A stretch of 64,000 nt of DNA from Octopus vulgaris. Its lineage: Eukaryota. Location of the stretch: NCBI GenBank assembly GCA_951406725.2, contig OX597832.1, positions 1,178,001 through 1,242,000 on the forward strand. Reading direction: 5' to 3'. This document shows positions 11,541 through 26,150 of the stretch, in pieces; position 1 is the first letter of the stretch, and each line of letters starts with the position of its first letter. The notes beneath the pieces are model-generated. The model did no database searches and was not told the DNA's origin. It was given only the letters and a program-made list of their open reading frames with translations. Made by a program: the position numbers and the translations under genes.

Positions 11541-13335
11541 ATCATCATCATCGTTTAGCGTCCGCTTTCCATGCTAGCATGGGTTGGACGGTTCTACTGG
11601 GGTCTGTGAAGCCAGAAGGCTTCATCAGGCCCAGTCAAATCTGGCAGTGTTTCTACGGCTGGATGCCCTTCCTAACGCCAACCACTCCGTGAGTGTAGTG
11701 GGTGCTTTTTACGTGCCACCCGCACAGGTGCCAGACAGAGCTGGCAAACGGCCACGAACGGATGGTGCTTTTTATGTGCCACCGGCACGAGGGCCAGGCG
11801 AGGCTGGCAACGGACACGAAACGGGGCGGTGCTGGCAACGGTCGCGAAACGGAAGGTTCTCTTACATGCCACCGGCACTGGTAACACATCTGCAATTTCC
11901 ATTGATCGATTTCGATTCTGATCCTCACTTGCCTCAACGGGTCTTCACAAGTAGAGTTTCGACATGCCACCGGCACTGGTAACACATCTGCAATTTCCAT
12001 TGATCGATTTCGATTCTGATCCTCACTTGCCTCAACAGGTCTTCACAAGTAGAGTTTTGTGTCCCAAGAAGGGAAGGTATGCATACGTAGGCTGGCTCCA
12101 TCCCATGTAGAAGGCCACGGATTATGGACTCACTTGTCCTGCCGGGTCTTCTCGCGCACAGCACACTTCCAGAGGTCTCGATCTCTAGTCATTTCCTCAG
12201 TGAGACCTAAAGTTCGAAGGTCGTGCTTCACCACCTCGTCCCAGGTTTTCCTGGGTCTGCCTCTTCCACAGGTTCCCTCAACCGCTAGGGTGTGGCACTT
12301 TTTTACACAACTATCTTCATCCATTCTCGCCACATGACCATACCAGCGCAAACGTCTCTCTTGCACACAACTGATGCTTCTTAGGTCCAGCTTTTCTCTC
12401 AAGGTACTTACACTCTGCCGAGTCAGAGTACTGACATTACACATCCATCGGAGCATACTGGCTTCATTTCTTGCGAGCTTACGCATATCCTCAGCAGTCA
12501 CGGCTTGGGTACCAGTCAGGTGGCACTGGCATTGGCCATGACTACAATTTCGTTTGACTCAACAGGTCTTCTCAAGCACAGCATATTGCCTAATGATTGA
12601 AGGGTACTTTTGAATGGGTCAATTATGCGACACTGACATCGGCTACAGCTATAATCTCATTTGCTGGGTCTTCTCAAACACAGCATATCTCCAAAGGTCT
12701 CAGTTGCTTGTCATTGCTTCTGTAAAGCCTAATGTTTGAAGGTCGTGCTTCACCATCTCATTCCACATCTTCCTGGATTTACCTCTTCTACAGGCTCCTT
12801 CCACTGTTAGGGTGTGACACTTCTTCACACAGCTGTCCCCATCCATACACAACACATGACCTTACCAGTGCAATCATCACTTTTGCACACCACATCTGAT
12901 GCTTCTAATGTCCAACTTTTTTCTTATGGCACTTACACTGTCATGCATGCACACTGACATTATACATCCAGCAGAGCATATCTTTCAAGCCTACACATGT
13001 CCTCAGCAGTCACAGCCCATATTTCACTGCTGTGTAGCATGGCTCTTTGCACACATGCATCATACAGTCTACCTTTCACTCTGAGCAAGAGGCCGTTTGT
13101 TACCAACAGAGGTAGGATCTCCCTGAACTTTGCCCAGGTTATTCTTATTCTAGCAGCTACACTCTCAGACCATCTATCCTGACTACTGTCTTCGTTACCT
13201 AGGTAATGGAAGTTATCAACTACTTCTAGTTTTTACCCCCAGCATGTGATGGAATCTGTTCTCTGTACACCTTTGGTGTTTATTGCCCCTGTACCTCTGC
13301 CACATACAAAAACTATCTTCCGAGTTAAACTTCTT
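11541..13335 (-). mobile_element. Two adjacent 5'-truncated RTE LINE 3' fragments (about 11541-12505 and 12506-13335)
   Basis: RT C-terminus RRLRWYGHVARM...GRGRPRKTW and a (GAT)n tail. There is an internal tandem duplication of about 98 bp at 11863-12058. Confidence 0.88.
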
Positions 13336-13864
13336 TGATATTAAACAATATAACATCTAGAGTCACTTAACAATGGTGAAAAAAGAAAGAAAAAGAAAGA
13401 AAACAATTTTCATGGGCATTCTTTCCTTTCACAAACATGGATGAACTAAAACCTAAACTGCTTAAATGAATATGTTTCTCTGAAAGTATTTCTGAATTCC
13501 AAATATATTTCAGTAATTAGAAAAAAGATCTTGCTTTCATTTGTAGCAGATAAAATTATATCTGAATTTCCAATTAATAGGTGAACTTTTTAAAATGTTC
13601 AAAATGATAAAATATGTCAACAAATAACAGGGCATTCACTTAATCAACTAAATCCCTTATTTTTTTTTATTGAACTCTCAATGACATTTTTAAAAATGTA
13701 TTTACATTACAAATGTTTTAATTTTTTAAAAATTTAAAAATTACAATATTATGCAAATTGAAATTGGTGTTAATGTTGGTCAGGCATCTTTAGAAATACA
13801 ATGAATATTTTTGTTTTAGATAAGACATTCTATGTAAATGTTTACTGCAATGATTTTTAAAATA

Positions 13865-15076
13865 CAAGGGTAGGCTGAAAAGTTGATAGGTTGACTATGA
13901 TGGAGTGATGCTAGAGCTGTGAAATGTTGCATGCATTAATTTCAACCCTTCTTATTAATAACTGCATTGTTTCTTTCCAGGTAAACTGACACCTGACAGT
14001 TCAAAGAAGACTTCAAACATAACTAGTAGCAATTTCTCTTTAAAATGGAGAAAATTTGGTGTTATCAAATACCTGAAGAAAAAGGGTTTAGCCCTCAGCG
14101 ACATTCATGCTGACATGGTTGCTACATAATAGGATCATGCTTCAGCTTTATCAACAGTGCAAAAGTGTGCAGTTGAATTTAGGAGGGGAAGGGAGAGTCT
14201 TGAAGATGACCCAAATCTGGACGTCCTGCAACTACCACCAAGAAAAGAATATTGAGTGTTTATTACATGGATGACAGGTGATTGACTATAAATCAAATAG
14301 CCAATGCAATTAGCATCTCCTGCAAGAGAGTTGAGAATATTCTGCTTGGCAGGATGAAGGTTTCTGCTTGGTGGGTGCAACATCTGAAACCTGATTAAAA
14401 ACATAGACTGATCACATCATAGGAAAATCTGACATTGTTTGAGACAGAATAAGCGATTTTCTTGAACATTTCCTAACTCAGAATGAGTGTTGGGTTCAGC
14501 ACTTTGAGCTAGAGACAAAGAGACAATTCATTCAGTGGAAACACCTCTATTCACCTGTACCAAATAAGGCCAAGATCATTTCATCTGCAGGAAAGGTGAT
14601 GGCCTTAGTTTTTTAGGGGGATGCAAAGGGCATTGTGTTCATTTACTATCTTCAAAAGGGCACACCATCAACAGAAAATACTATGCCAACTTCCTGAGAC
14701 AATTATGAAAGGCTTATCAAGACAAAACACCCAAGTAAACTGATAAAAGTCTTTTGTTTCAATAGCAGCTGTGCATGACTGGCTTGAAATAGCTAATCAC
14801 CCTTCCTATTCTCCTGATTTGGTCCCATCAGACTATTATCTGTTCCCCAACATGGAAAAGCACTTGGCTGGGAACCAACATCACAGTGATGATAATGTCA
14901 TATCTGCTGTTGATGACTTTTTGGCTAACAGGATAAAAACTTCAGCAATGGGATCCAAGCACTGATGGAAGAAGTGTATGAACCACAGGGGGGAACTATG
15001 TTGAAAAATAAATCTCATTTGGTTACTTTCCATGGGAGTATCTTTGTCAGCCAATGAACTTTTTAGCTGGCCCTTG
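13865..15076 (+). mobile_element. Mariner DNA transposon, full length but degenerate
   Basis: TA-flanked TIRs (caagggtaggctgaaaagtt / aactttttagctggcccttg). A WVPH-like motif and YSPDLVPSDYYLF are present, with multiple stops. Confidence 0.92.
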
Positions 15077-15109
15077 TATTTTAATGCAGAATGAATTTTT
15101 AGAAAAGTA

Positions 15110-17966
15110 GGGAAGACCGGGGTAAGTTGACACATTTTCTCTAGAGAAAATGCGAAACTACTTTCGGACGGTTTAATGACATCATAGTAGTGCTGTTAGT
15201 ATAAGCTTCCCCTCATTTGATTTTGTTGCCGTTGTGAGAGTTTGTCTGCTACATGTGGACAACATTGGAATTTTCCACTTGGTAAGTTATTTTTGACATT
15301 TTTGATAATTAGTTATTTTGGATATTAAGACTGCATTATGTGTATTAAACCATAAGGAGTTAGTAAAATATCACGATCCTACACAAATGGATTCTTGTGA
15401 AACCCTAGTGGTTTTTTTCTCAGTGTTTACATTTTTGAGGGAAATGGGGTCGGGGCAAGTTGACACATGTAAACAGGGGCACGTTGACACAGTGTGTCAA
15501 CTTGCCCCGGCTTGTGATAAAGTTGTAGGTTGCTTACATTGATTCACAGACTGTATCTATCCTATTTTAACTAAGAGTGTTTGCTATTTGATTCATGTCT
15601 GGTACAGTGGATCAATTCATTGAGTAATTTATGTATTGCTTGCTATAGTTTTAGATCAGCTATCTTTATCTATACCAACTTATTCTAACTTCATACTGCT
15701 ACCTACTTAGTCAGCAGCTTGTATACTGCCTCAGCTTTGTAACCTGTACCACTGATATATAAGCATAAAGTTATGCCATGACCAGGCATGCTTGAAACTA
15801 AAAAGTAGGTAAACACTCAGAGCTTCGTTTTGCTTCCACAGTTGGATTATGCAATGAGCTAAATTGCATTTTTTTCTTCATCTCTCTCTCTCTTTACAGA
15901 ACTAGATCAACAATTGTCATGGTGCGACACTATAACCGCGAAAGCGAGAGGGCAACCCTTCCACAGGATGTAATCCAACAGGCTATTCAACAGATCCGAG
16001 CTCGTGTCATCTCCTTGCGGGAAGCTTCGAGGACATTTGGCATCCCTTTAAAATCTCTGTCTCGCTACTGCACTAAGGCCGCTGAAGCAAACAACAATGA
16101 TCACAGTCTTAGTGGATACAAAAAGCCACAGCAAGTTCTCACCGACGAGTTCGAGAATCAGTTAGAGGCTTATGTTTTGGCTGCCGCAGAAATTTACTAT
16201 GGGCTTGCTCCAAAGGATGTGCGGAAATTGGCTTTTCAGATGGCAAAGGCACATGGATGTAATATCCCTCCAACCTGGCATGAGACAGAAATAGCAGGCG
16301 AAGACTGGTTTTCAACGACAAGAATTTATCCATAAGAAGTCCACAGGCAACAAGCTTGGCACGAGCAACTAGTTTCAACAAGACAAATGTTACTATGTTT
16401 TTCAACCAACTTGCTGAGCTGATGCTTCAGTATAAATTTGATCCATTCAATATCTACAACATGGATGAAACTGGCATAACAACTGTGCTGTGCCCCGATA
16501 GAATTATTGCCAGAAAAGGAACAAAGCAAGTGGGAAAAATGACAAGTGCAGAGAGGGGAACTTTGGTCACATTGGCATGCTGTGTAAATGCTGCTGGAAA
16601 CAGCATATCACCGTTTTTTGGAAGAACTTTAGGCCACATTTCCTGAACAATGGACCATCAGGCAGCAATGAAGGTGCTAATCCATCTGGTTGGATGTGTG
16701 AGGAGCAGTTTGTGAAATTCCTTCAACACTTTGTGAGGAATGTGAAATGTTCAAAGCAGTCAACGTGCCTTCTCTTGCTGGACAATCACAATTCCTACCT
16801 TAGTATTGAAGGGCTGACTTATGCATCAGAAAATGGCATCACTATGCTCTCTTTCCTACCTCACTGCACACATAGGTTACAGCCGTTGGACAAAGCGGTC
16901 TATGGACCTCTGAAGAAGTACACAAACACTGCCATTGATGACTGGCATATCAACCATTCTGGCCAGACCATGACCATTTATGACGTTCTGTGAATTGTCA
17001 AAACTGCATGGCCACTGACTGCAACTCCAACGAACATTCTTAGTGGCTTTTCTTCTACAGGAATATGCCCTTTTAATCGCAACATTTTCAGAGACAGCAA
17101 CTTTACACCAAGCTATGTCACTGACCGACCGGATCCTGCACTTTCAGCACCTGGGCCTTCAGCACCTACAACACCTGGGCCTTCAAGCAACATAGCTGCC
17201 AGGTCTTTTCTTTCACCATTTCAAATCCATCCACTGCCCAAAGCAGGCCCTAGGAAAGAATCAACCAGAGGAAGAAAGAAACGTTGTTCTGAAATCCTCA
17301 CTGACTCGCCGGTTAAAAGAGCAATCATAGAAGAAAAGACAAAAAGTAAAAGTAAAAAGAAGGCAAACATTGATAAAGGAACGATAGGAAAGGGACTCAG
17401 TAAGGGCAGGTCAATGAAGGGAAAAGGTCCAACTGTTAAGAAAAAAGTTCAACTTCAAGAAAGTGATGCCTCTGATGAGGAAGAGTGCTATTGCTTAGTG
17501 TGCAGCAAGCCTTTTTCCAACAGCAAAGGAAGTGAAGTGTGATTTCAATGCTCTGATTGTAAAGGTTGGGCTCACGAGGCATGCACACCAGGTCTGACAA
17601 TATTCACATGCCCAAATTGTGACTCTGATGATGATTTGTAATGAAACCGTAATAAAGGCCCTTGATCAAACCAACAAGCTTATATCATGTGTTTCTGTCC
17701 ACTAACATGTATGTTCCAAGAAAATGCATTCATGTGTCAACATACCCCATTATGTGTCAACTTGCCCCAGTATCAGGGCAAGTTGACACATTTAAGTGGT
17801 CTTAGAAAATGCACAAAATATAAATCCAGACAATAAGCAGATGAGATCTCTAGCTTTGTAAGTCTTCTGCTATGGTTGATTTATGCGTGTAATACAAGAT
17901 GCAGTAGAATACATTGCTCTGTCAGTGAAAATGTAAAAAATGTAGTCAACTAACCCCGGTCTCCCC
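15110..17966 (+). mobile_element. pogo/Fot1-like DNA transposon with a C-terminal PHD finger
   Basis: TA TSD and TIRs GGGAAGACCGGGGTAAGTTGAC / GTCAACTAACCCCGGTCTCCCC, with subterminal CAAGTTGACACA repeats at both ends. Confidence 0.92.
15919..17641 (+). pseudogene. pogo-type transposase (HTH, DDE_1, PHD) with frameshifts and stops
   Basis: HTH ISLREASRTFGIP; catalytic motifs NIYNMDETG, LLLLDNH and LQPLDKAVYGPLK; C-terminal CLVC...QCSDCKGWAHEAC...CPNC. A polypyrimidine-AG acceptor ends at 15899, just before the ATG. Confidence 0.9.
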
Positions 17967-18076
17967 TATATAGAATGTAGATTACATTTAATGTAGAATG
18001 AATTTCTAGAAAAATATATATATTACATACAATACACAATGTCTATTTTTCAAATGGGTTTGATATTGAAATGTTT

Positions 18077-18264
18077 TCACAGATGAAGTACAAGTAAAAT
18101 ATATGTCAACAATAATAAATTAAATGGTAAATTTCTTCTGGAACTATTACAACGATTTTCCTCACAAAAGCAATAGTTGATTTTAACTCCATATGGGTTG
18201 CTGTAAAGATGGCATCCTAGAAGTTTTCCTGGTGTTACAGGGTCATCCAGATTAATTGATGGGT
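18077..18264 (-). CDS. Host gene terminal coding exon: end of the Ly6/uPAR domain plus GPI signal
   Basis: Acceptor ttcttttacttttag, phase 1. Translates DPSINLDDPVTPGKLLGCHLYSNPYGVKINYCFCEENRCNSSRRNLPFNLLLLTYILLVLHL*. Confidence 0.9.
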
Positions 18265-19229
18265 CTAAAAGTAAAAGAATAAATGAACTTAAAAACAGAT
18301 ACTATGTATGCATGTGTGTGTGTATTTTTTTCACATGTACCCATTCACAGCAAAAGTGTTAAAAGTATAATTTAAAAGGCACTTACAAACATGAAAAAAG
18401 GGAAATGAACTGCTGCTAAACATGTTTCAAAAAGTAAATACACCCAACTGAAAAGGATTAAGCAAATAAATTGCTTCCCCAAAGGTAAACTGGTAGAAAA
18501 AGAAAAGAAAGCACAACAAATAATACAACAGTTGGTGTGACTCCAAAACTATTCACAAAAACATGCTTAGCCACTACAAATAAACATAGAAACCTAAACT
18601 TGTTATTCCACATACCACTATTATTGAATATTAGAAGTTCTTTACAACTTAATAACATAGGTATAATTCTTTACCTATGAAACGAGAGCAGAGTTCATAA
18701 AAATATCTCTAAAGATTGCTGAAGAACAAAATATCTCAAATAAATTAAATATATATCTCTCTATAAGGAAAAGAAAAACATTTTAAAAAATCACATGGAA
18801 ATTTAAAATGAAATAAAATTTTCCACAAAATGAAAGGATACAAAGGCCATTGTCTGACAGAAATAGGTCACTTAGTACATCTTGTAGGAAGGCAAGCAAA
18901 GTACTGAATGATGAAGTTTTTTCCTTTATACTGCGAATAACATGTAAATGACAGAACCAGTTGACTTTATTAATATCAGAACTTTGCAAAAGAAAGTGGC
19001 CCAAGTTTCCTGTGAATAAAAAGCTCCCAAAGAAAAAAAAAGTGTCTGTGTGTGTGTTTTCTTTAATGGAAGAAGAAAGAGTAAATGCTAAGAATTACAA
19101 ATTCATAATAAGAGAATAATTTAATGATTTGTAAAGTGGCACTCAACTCAATTTCTGTTCAGTTAGAAACTGCCATACATAGCTGTAGTATCATTGCACT
19201 GAATATTAAAACAGCTACTTAACTAGTCA

Positions 19230-19960
19230 AATGTAGATGTGGTATCTCTGGACTTCGCAAAGGCTTCATCAAAATTGATTATAAGATAATATACTAGAAA
19301 CTAAATGACTCCAGCCGAAATGTAAAATTATGAGAGCAGTTGTACACAATATTCTAAAAGACAGAAATGAAGTTGTCGTGATCTATGATTACTTTTCAAA
19401 ATAACAGCAATCCAGTGTAACATGTCCTAAAGAAGTGTTTTGGATCCATTACAATTGTAAAATATCTTGCAAATTCAGATAACAGTACATCTATCTTAAA
19501 TAGCTATGTTACTGATACAATAAATTTCAAAGACATTTAAGAGTCCCATGATACCAGAATGACATAAATAGGAGAGTTGAACAAAAAAAGCATGTAATTA
19601 AATGTTGAAAAGTTTCAAGTGCTTTGCTATTAACCCTCTGACACATTGCAGACTAGATACACTGGGTCCAGTAGAGATTGAAACCTCAGTCAGAATTTTT
19701 GCCAAACTTGGAAATTATCATTTTCTTATTACTTTAAAACCAGCAGAATTGTGTAGATAACTAACTAGGTGGATCCTGATAGCATTTAGAACAAAAGAGC
19801 AGTTTCATACCAAGTCCATCATTTAATTGAAAATTATTCAATAATCTTATACAACAAAGATTAATTCTATGTACTAACCAAACTACAGGGAATGACTGAT
19901 ACTTTAAGACTCTATTGTAGTGTAAAAGAGAGAAACAGAAAATAACACCAATACTTAAAA
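19230..19960 (+). mobile_element. Old CR1/L2-like LINE RT remnant
   Basis: gtagatgtggtatctctggacttcgcaaaggct reads VDVVSLDFAKA, resembling the VDxxYLDFxKAF motif. The rest is heavily decayed. Confidence 0.5.
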
Positions 19961-21376
19961 GAGCTTGGAAGGATACTGACCATGTGTGACATAGAAAAGT
20001 TATGCAACTGTCCCAAGTGGACCCTACTGCACTGTGCCAAATATTGTCCTATAATTCCTGAATTAGAACTAGATATTGCAAAAGTCTTATGCTCAAAAGG
20101 GCTTCAACTGTTTCCTGTCATCAAAAAGCATAGGAAATATCTATGGAAAAGATGTCAGAATATCAGATAAATTTATATCACTCTAGGTACCAAATATGTA
20201 AACAATAGTATCAAACTTCATCAAATATCAACTATAAAGACAATAACAGCATTATTGAGAACACCTAATTAAAGGAGAAAATAGAAATATGAAAACAAGT
20301 AAAGAATGTGTTTATGCATGCATGCATACATCATACATGCATACACATATACTGGAACAAACTCTGACAAGTTATAATGCTTCCTTGCTTTGAGAGTAAT
20401 TCAACAGAGAGAATAAGTTGGTTTTTATGAATTAAGCATTCATACAGAAAAGCAGAATGTAAGTATTAATACAATACACCAGACATTATAAACATTATAC
20501 ACACACAAATCATATATAAATTATACTATATAAATCAAATGCACAACAATAGAAAAGATGAGCACATCAAGACTCTCATAAAAAGATAACACAAAATGCA
20601 AAACTAATCATAAACTACAAAAACACTTGAATATAAAAAAAAAAAATCAACTATTGAACACCAAACCATAAGTATGTGAACCTGGAAACAAGCTACAAAT
20701 GACAGTTGGAAACTTCATGACTTCTACTGCTACACAAGCAGAATACTCATGCACAAGCTCACCATGCAGATGAGAGAATAAAACAAAATTAGAGAGAGAA
20801 GTTATGAGTGGACAATAAATCCAATGTCTTCCTCAATTGTTCAACTGACCAACTAACCAATGAATCTAAGAAGCCAGAGCTCATAGATTTAAACCTCATT
20901 TTAAAGTTTTCTCAACATGGCTCTGCCTAATGTTTAAAGAACAATCAGTTCAGTAGGGTCCTCAGCTATTGAATAAAAGGATATGCATAATTGTAGAAAC
21001 AACTAATGTAAATCAGAAAATGGAATGAATAAAACTTGGTATAGACAGAAAGTACAAAAGATTAAAAATTTAGAAAAAAAACAACATTGTAATCAGTTGC
21101 TGACAAAACCTGTAGTATACAGTTCATGCAATGTCAACTGCATAATGTTAAATATTGGTGAATGAAACATTGCCTCATTCTAAATGTTTTTATGATATTT
21201 AAAAAAAGGGGGAAAAAACGAACAGGAGGAGATATGTGGGATGGAGAGTTGCTAAAGGGGCCACAGGAAGTGTGAAAAAGATTTCCAGATAAAAAACGCT
21301 ACCAATGTTAATAATTTCTTTACAGTTGAAAAGAAGCTAATTCAACATAGATTAGATTAGATGATTCATATATTTA

Positions 21377-21528
21377 TAGGTGCAGGTGTAGCTGTGTGGT
21401 AAGAAGCTTGCTTCCCAATCACATGATTGTGGGTTCAATCCCACTGCATGACATTTTCTACTATAGCCTTGGGCCAACCAAAGCATTGTGAGTAGCTTTG
21501 GTAGATCAAAACTGAAAGAAGCCTGTCA
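21377..21528 (+). mobile_element. tRNA-derived SINE head
   Basis: Same family as the SINE at 9537. Confidence 0.8.
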
Positions 21529-21810
21529 TATATATATATATATATATATAGGGGTTATGAGAGGTAATGGTGTCATTGAGACCCAAAGGTGTCAGGTAAG
21601 CTGAATAAGTGCTATAGATAGACCATCGTTAAGTTCCAGGTTCAGTGATTATGCAAATAAGGGGTTCAACATAGGTCATATAACAGCGTGTGTATATAAA
21701 AATTTTTTTTTCCCGTAATGAGATAAAACACCAAGGCTGTGTAAATGTTCTAAAATCTACACAGCCTTGGTTTTTTATATCTCATTACAAAAAAAAATTA
21801 TATATATATA

Positions 21811-24800
21811 TCATCATCATCGTTTAACATCCGTTTTCCATGCTAGCATGGGTTGGACGGTTCAACTGGGGTCTGGGAAGCTAGGAGGCTGCACCAGGCT
21901 CCAGTCTGATCTGGCAGTGTTTCTACAGCTGGATGCCCTTCCTAATGCCAACCACTCCATGAGTGTAGTGGGTGCTTTTTAAGTGACAGGCAAGGCTGGA
22001 AACGGCCATGATTGGTTGGTGCTTTTTACGTGCCACCGGCACGGAGGCCAGTCGAGGCGGCACTGGCAACAGCCATGTTCGGATGGATCTTTTTACGTGC
22101 CACTGGCAATGGTATCACAACTACAATTTCCATTGAATTTTTGATTGATTTCGATTTCGCTTGCCTCAACAGGTCTTCACAAGTAGAGTTTTGTGTCCCA
22201 AGGAGGAAAGGTATGCATAAATGGACTGGCTACATCCCATGTAAAGGCCACGGGTTATGGTCTCACTTGTCCTGCCGGGTCTTCTCACGCACAGCATATT
22301 TCCAAAGGTCTCAGTCTCTAGTCATCTCCTCGGTGAGACCTAAAGTTTGAAGGTCGTGCTTCACCACCTCGTCCCAGGTCTTCCTGGATCTACCTCTTCC
22401 ACAGGTTCCCTCAACCGCTAGGGTATGGCACTTTTTCACACACCTATCTTCATCTATTCTCGCCACATGACCATACCAGCGCAAACGTCTCTCTAGCACC
22501 CTACAATTGATGCTTCTTAGGTCCAACTTTTCTCTCGAGGTACTTACACTCTGCCGAGTATGCACACTGACATTACACATCCATCGGATCATACTGGCTT
22601 CATTCCTTGTGAGCTTACACATGTCCTCAACAGTCACAGCCCATGTTTCACTGCCATGTAGCATGGCTGTTCGTACACATGCGTCATACAATCTACCTTT
22701 TACTCTGAGCGAGAGGCCTTTTCTCACCAGCAGAGGTAAGAGCTCTCTGAACTTTGCCCAGGCTATTCTTACTCTAGCAGTTACACATTCAGCACACCTG
22801 CTCCCGCTACTGACTTGGTCACCTAGGTAACGGAAGCTATCAACTACTTCTAGTTTTTCACCCTGGAATGTAGCGGAAGTTGTTCTCTGCACATTTTCAG
22901 TGTTTATTGCTCCTGAGCATCTGCCACATACAAAAACTATCTTCCTAGTTAGCCTTCCTTTGACATTGCTGCACCTCTTATGTGTCCATAGCTTACACTG
23001 GGTACATCTGTTATTGCCTGGAGAACTATGATAAATAGGAGGGGGCTGAGGACTGAACCTTGGTGGACCCCTACCTCTACCCGGAATTCTTCACTGTACT
23101 TGTTGCCAACCCTCACCTTACTTACAGCGTCCCTGTACATGGCTCGCACAGCTCTCACTAGCCATTCATCTATCCCTAGTTTCCTCATTGACCACCAGAT
23201 AAGGGATTGGGTGACTCTGTCAAAGGCTTTCTCCATGTCAACGAAAGCCAGGTACAGAGGTTTATCTTTGGCTAGGTATTTCTCCTGAAGCTGTCTTACC
23301 AGGAATATAGCATCAGTGGTACTTTTCCCTGGCACGAACCCAAACTGCATCTCATCTAAACTGACTCTCTCTCTAATTGATTGGGCTATGACCCTCTCCG
23401 TGACCTTTATTACTTGACCCAGCAGCTTGATACCTCTGTAATTATTTGTATCTAAGGCGTCACCTTTACTTTTGTAGCAGTTGACTATGGTGCTGCTACA
23501 CCAGTCATTGGGTATGACTCCTACGTGTATCACTTGGTTAACTATATGGGTGACTAGGCTATAGCCGACATTGCCAGATATTTTTAGCAACTCTGCAGTG
23601 ATTCCTGATGGGCTGGGGGCTTTCCCTGTCTTCATACTCTTGATTGCTTTATCTACCAAGGTACTGTCAATTCAGATAGCTGGTCCCTCTGTTGGGTCAA
23701 CATTCGGCAGACACTCTTTCTCCCATTCATTCTCTTTATTGAGCAACCTTTCATAGTGGCGTCTCCAAACCTCTCTCTTTGTAGCCTCATTTAGTGCAAG
23801 TGAAACATCATCCATATGGACACATTCTCTCCTATGACATCACGATTCTCTCTCACACACTGTCTTGCAACACGAAATACTTCAAGTCTTTGGTCCTCAC
23901 AGCGCAGAACATTGGCAAATTTTTTCTTATCTGCTTCCCCTCTGGCTAAATAAACCTGTCTCCTAGCTTCTCTCTGGCAGTCTGATACAATTCCCTGCTA
24001 CCTCCATTCTTCCAGCCCCTCCAAGCCTGTTTCTTTTGTTTAATAGCCCTGTCAACCACATTGTTCCACCACCACATTACCTTGGGTCGAGATGGGACTT
24101 TGCACCATCCACAGATCTGGTCAGTGGCTCTCAGCAGGTTGTTCTGTAGAAACCTCCAGTTGTCTTCCACATTATGTGAAGCTATATCCCCTTCTATTTC
24201 AACGAAGGCTTCGAGTAATACGTCTCTAAATCTCTGTCAATTTGCAGGATCTTTAAGCTTCCAGACCCTTCTCCTTCAAGCTGGTCTTCTTCTGGGCATC
24301 AACTTAGCTCTGATCCTGAAGTCGCTAACTACTAATCTATGTTGAGGGGTACATTCTTCACCTAGGAATGTTTTGGCATTTATAAGCAGCCCTCTTTCCT
24401 TTTTTCTGGTGAGGATGTAGTCAATTTGGCTAGTGTGTCTGCCAGAACGGTAGGTGACTAGGTGGGAGGCGGGTTTCCTGAAGTTGGTATTGCAAACCAT
24501 AAGATCATTTCCATCGCAAAACTCCAGCGGCCTGGTTCCCTCCTCATTGCGAAAACCCAAACCATAGCCTCTATGTATGCCATGGAAGCCCCCGACATGT
24601 TGACCAACATGTCCATTGAAGTCACCATCCACAAAGAGAAGGTCTCTGTCATTTGTCAACGAAGTAGTCTGCAATAGGGTGTCATAGAATCGGTCTTTCT
24701 GCACCTCTTGTAGCCCCGGTTGAGGGGCATAGGCCGAGATAATGGTAGCTGACCTATGGTGAAGCACTAATCTAATCTTAAGTACTCTGTCACATACTCT

Positions 24801-25345
24801 GACTACCTCGATTACCTTATCAACCCATTTCTCCGCAAGAAATATACCCACGCCCCTGACCCCATCAGTGCTCCCTGCCCAGAAAATCTTGTACCTGTGT
24901 TCTTTGCCTGTAAGGAACTTAGCAGAACCTCCTCTCCACCTTACTTCTTGGATGCAGCACAAATCTACATGTCTCCGTTCAAGCATCTCAACAATCTCAC
25001 CAGACCTACCTTTCAGTGTGCCAACGTTGAGTGTGCCAACTCTGAGGGTGTGGGAGGTGTGGGCCTGTGAGACCCTGGGATGAGGGACAGCAGTGTCATG
25101 TACCTGAAAAGAAAGCTTGCATTTGGCAGAATTCATAAAGAAACACTAGACTACAACCTACATACACTACACCATTTTTATGCGCTAAATGATCAAATGA
25201 ACCCTACATAGGGGTGTAGGTAGCATTTGGCCCTTAGAAGTGTTCGCGGGAGGTAGAGAAGGAAGACATAGGTTAGTAACTTCCGGTTAAAGGTGGAGGG
25301 GGTGCGAGGGCGAAACAGCAAGTTTAGACTAGAGCATCGTCTTCT
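21811..25345 (-). mobile_element. Near full-length RTE LINE (APE endonuclease plus RT), disrupted
   Basis: APE motifs GTLNVGT...CIQE...AYAP...GDFN...IDY; RT motifs KAP, QFGF, FVDMEKAFD and GVHQGSVLSPLLF; C-terminal RLRWYGH; (GAT)n tail. An internal deletion removes the YADD region. Confidence 0.95.
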
Positions 25346-25897
25346 GCACTTGTAAACAATGGTTAAATAAATTTAGAGAGAATGAAATAATGAAATGATA
25401 ACCTTGAATAAAATAGAAATAAAATATAACGATTAACAGATATGCATGATCTTAAGACAAACAAGGAAGATGAAGCTATCGGAACTATGTTTACATGATA
25501 AAGAAATATATAGATAATATATATACATGTAAGTGGACAAAGAAAGGGCACTCAACACATTAATTGGGAGCTACATGTATTGAACAAAACAATTTGATTC
25601 CAATTCCATGCTTTTTAAACTTTTAAAGCCTCTAATCAGGGCCTTATGCTGGTGGAAATCTGAACAAATAGGGAGGTGCAAGAAGTCTAAGATGGCTGCT
25701 GGTAGATGGGCTGTGGTTGGCCAAGGATGCTTGTGTGTGTTCATGTGCTTGCTGTTGCATGTGCAGTCCCTATATATGAGGCACACATGCAATAGTAACC
25801 ACATATGGACACACAGAAGCATCCATGTGCATGCACACCACCCCGTACATAAACATGCATGCCCCACCCCCTTACATGGCCAATGATACACACATTC

Positions 25898-25966
<69 letters not shown>

Positions 25967-26150
25967 TGTATGTATGCGGGTGAATATGTCTCTGTGTTCA
26001 TGTGTGTGTGGGTGCATGCATGTGTATGAATGTGAATGTGCATGTACATATACATGTTTGCATGCATACAGAATGCATAAGCACCACACCAACCATGCCA
26101 GGCCACACAAATCCACATCCCTTTTATATGCACATATACCCACATGCCCC

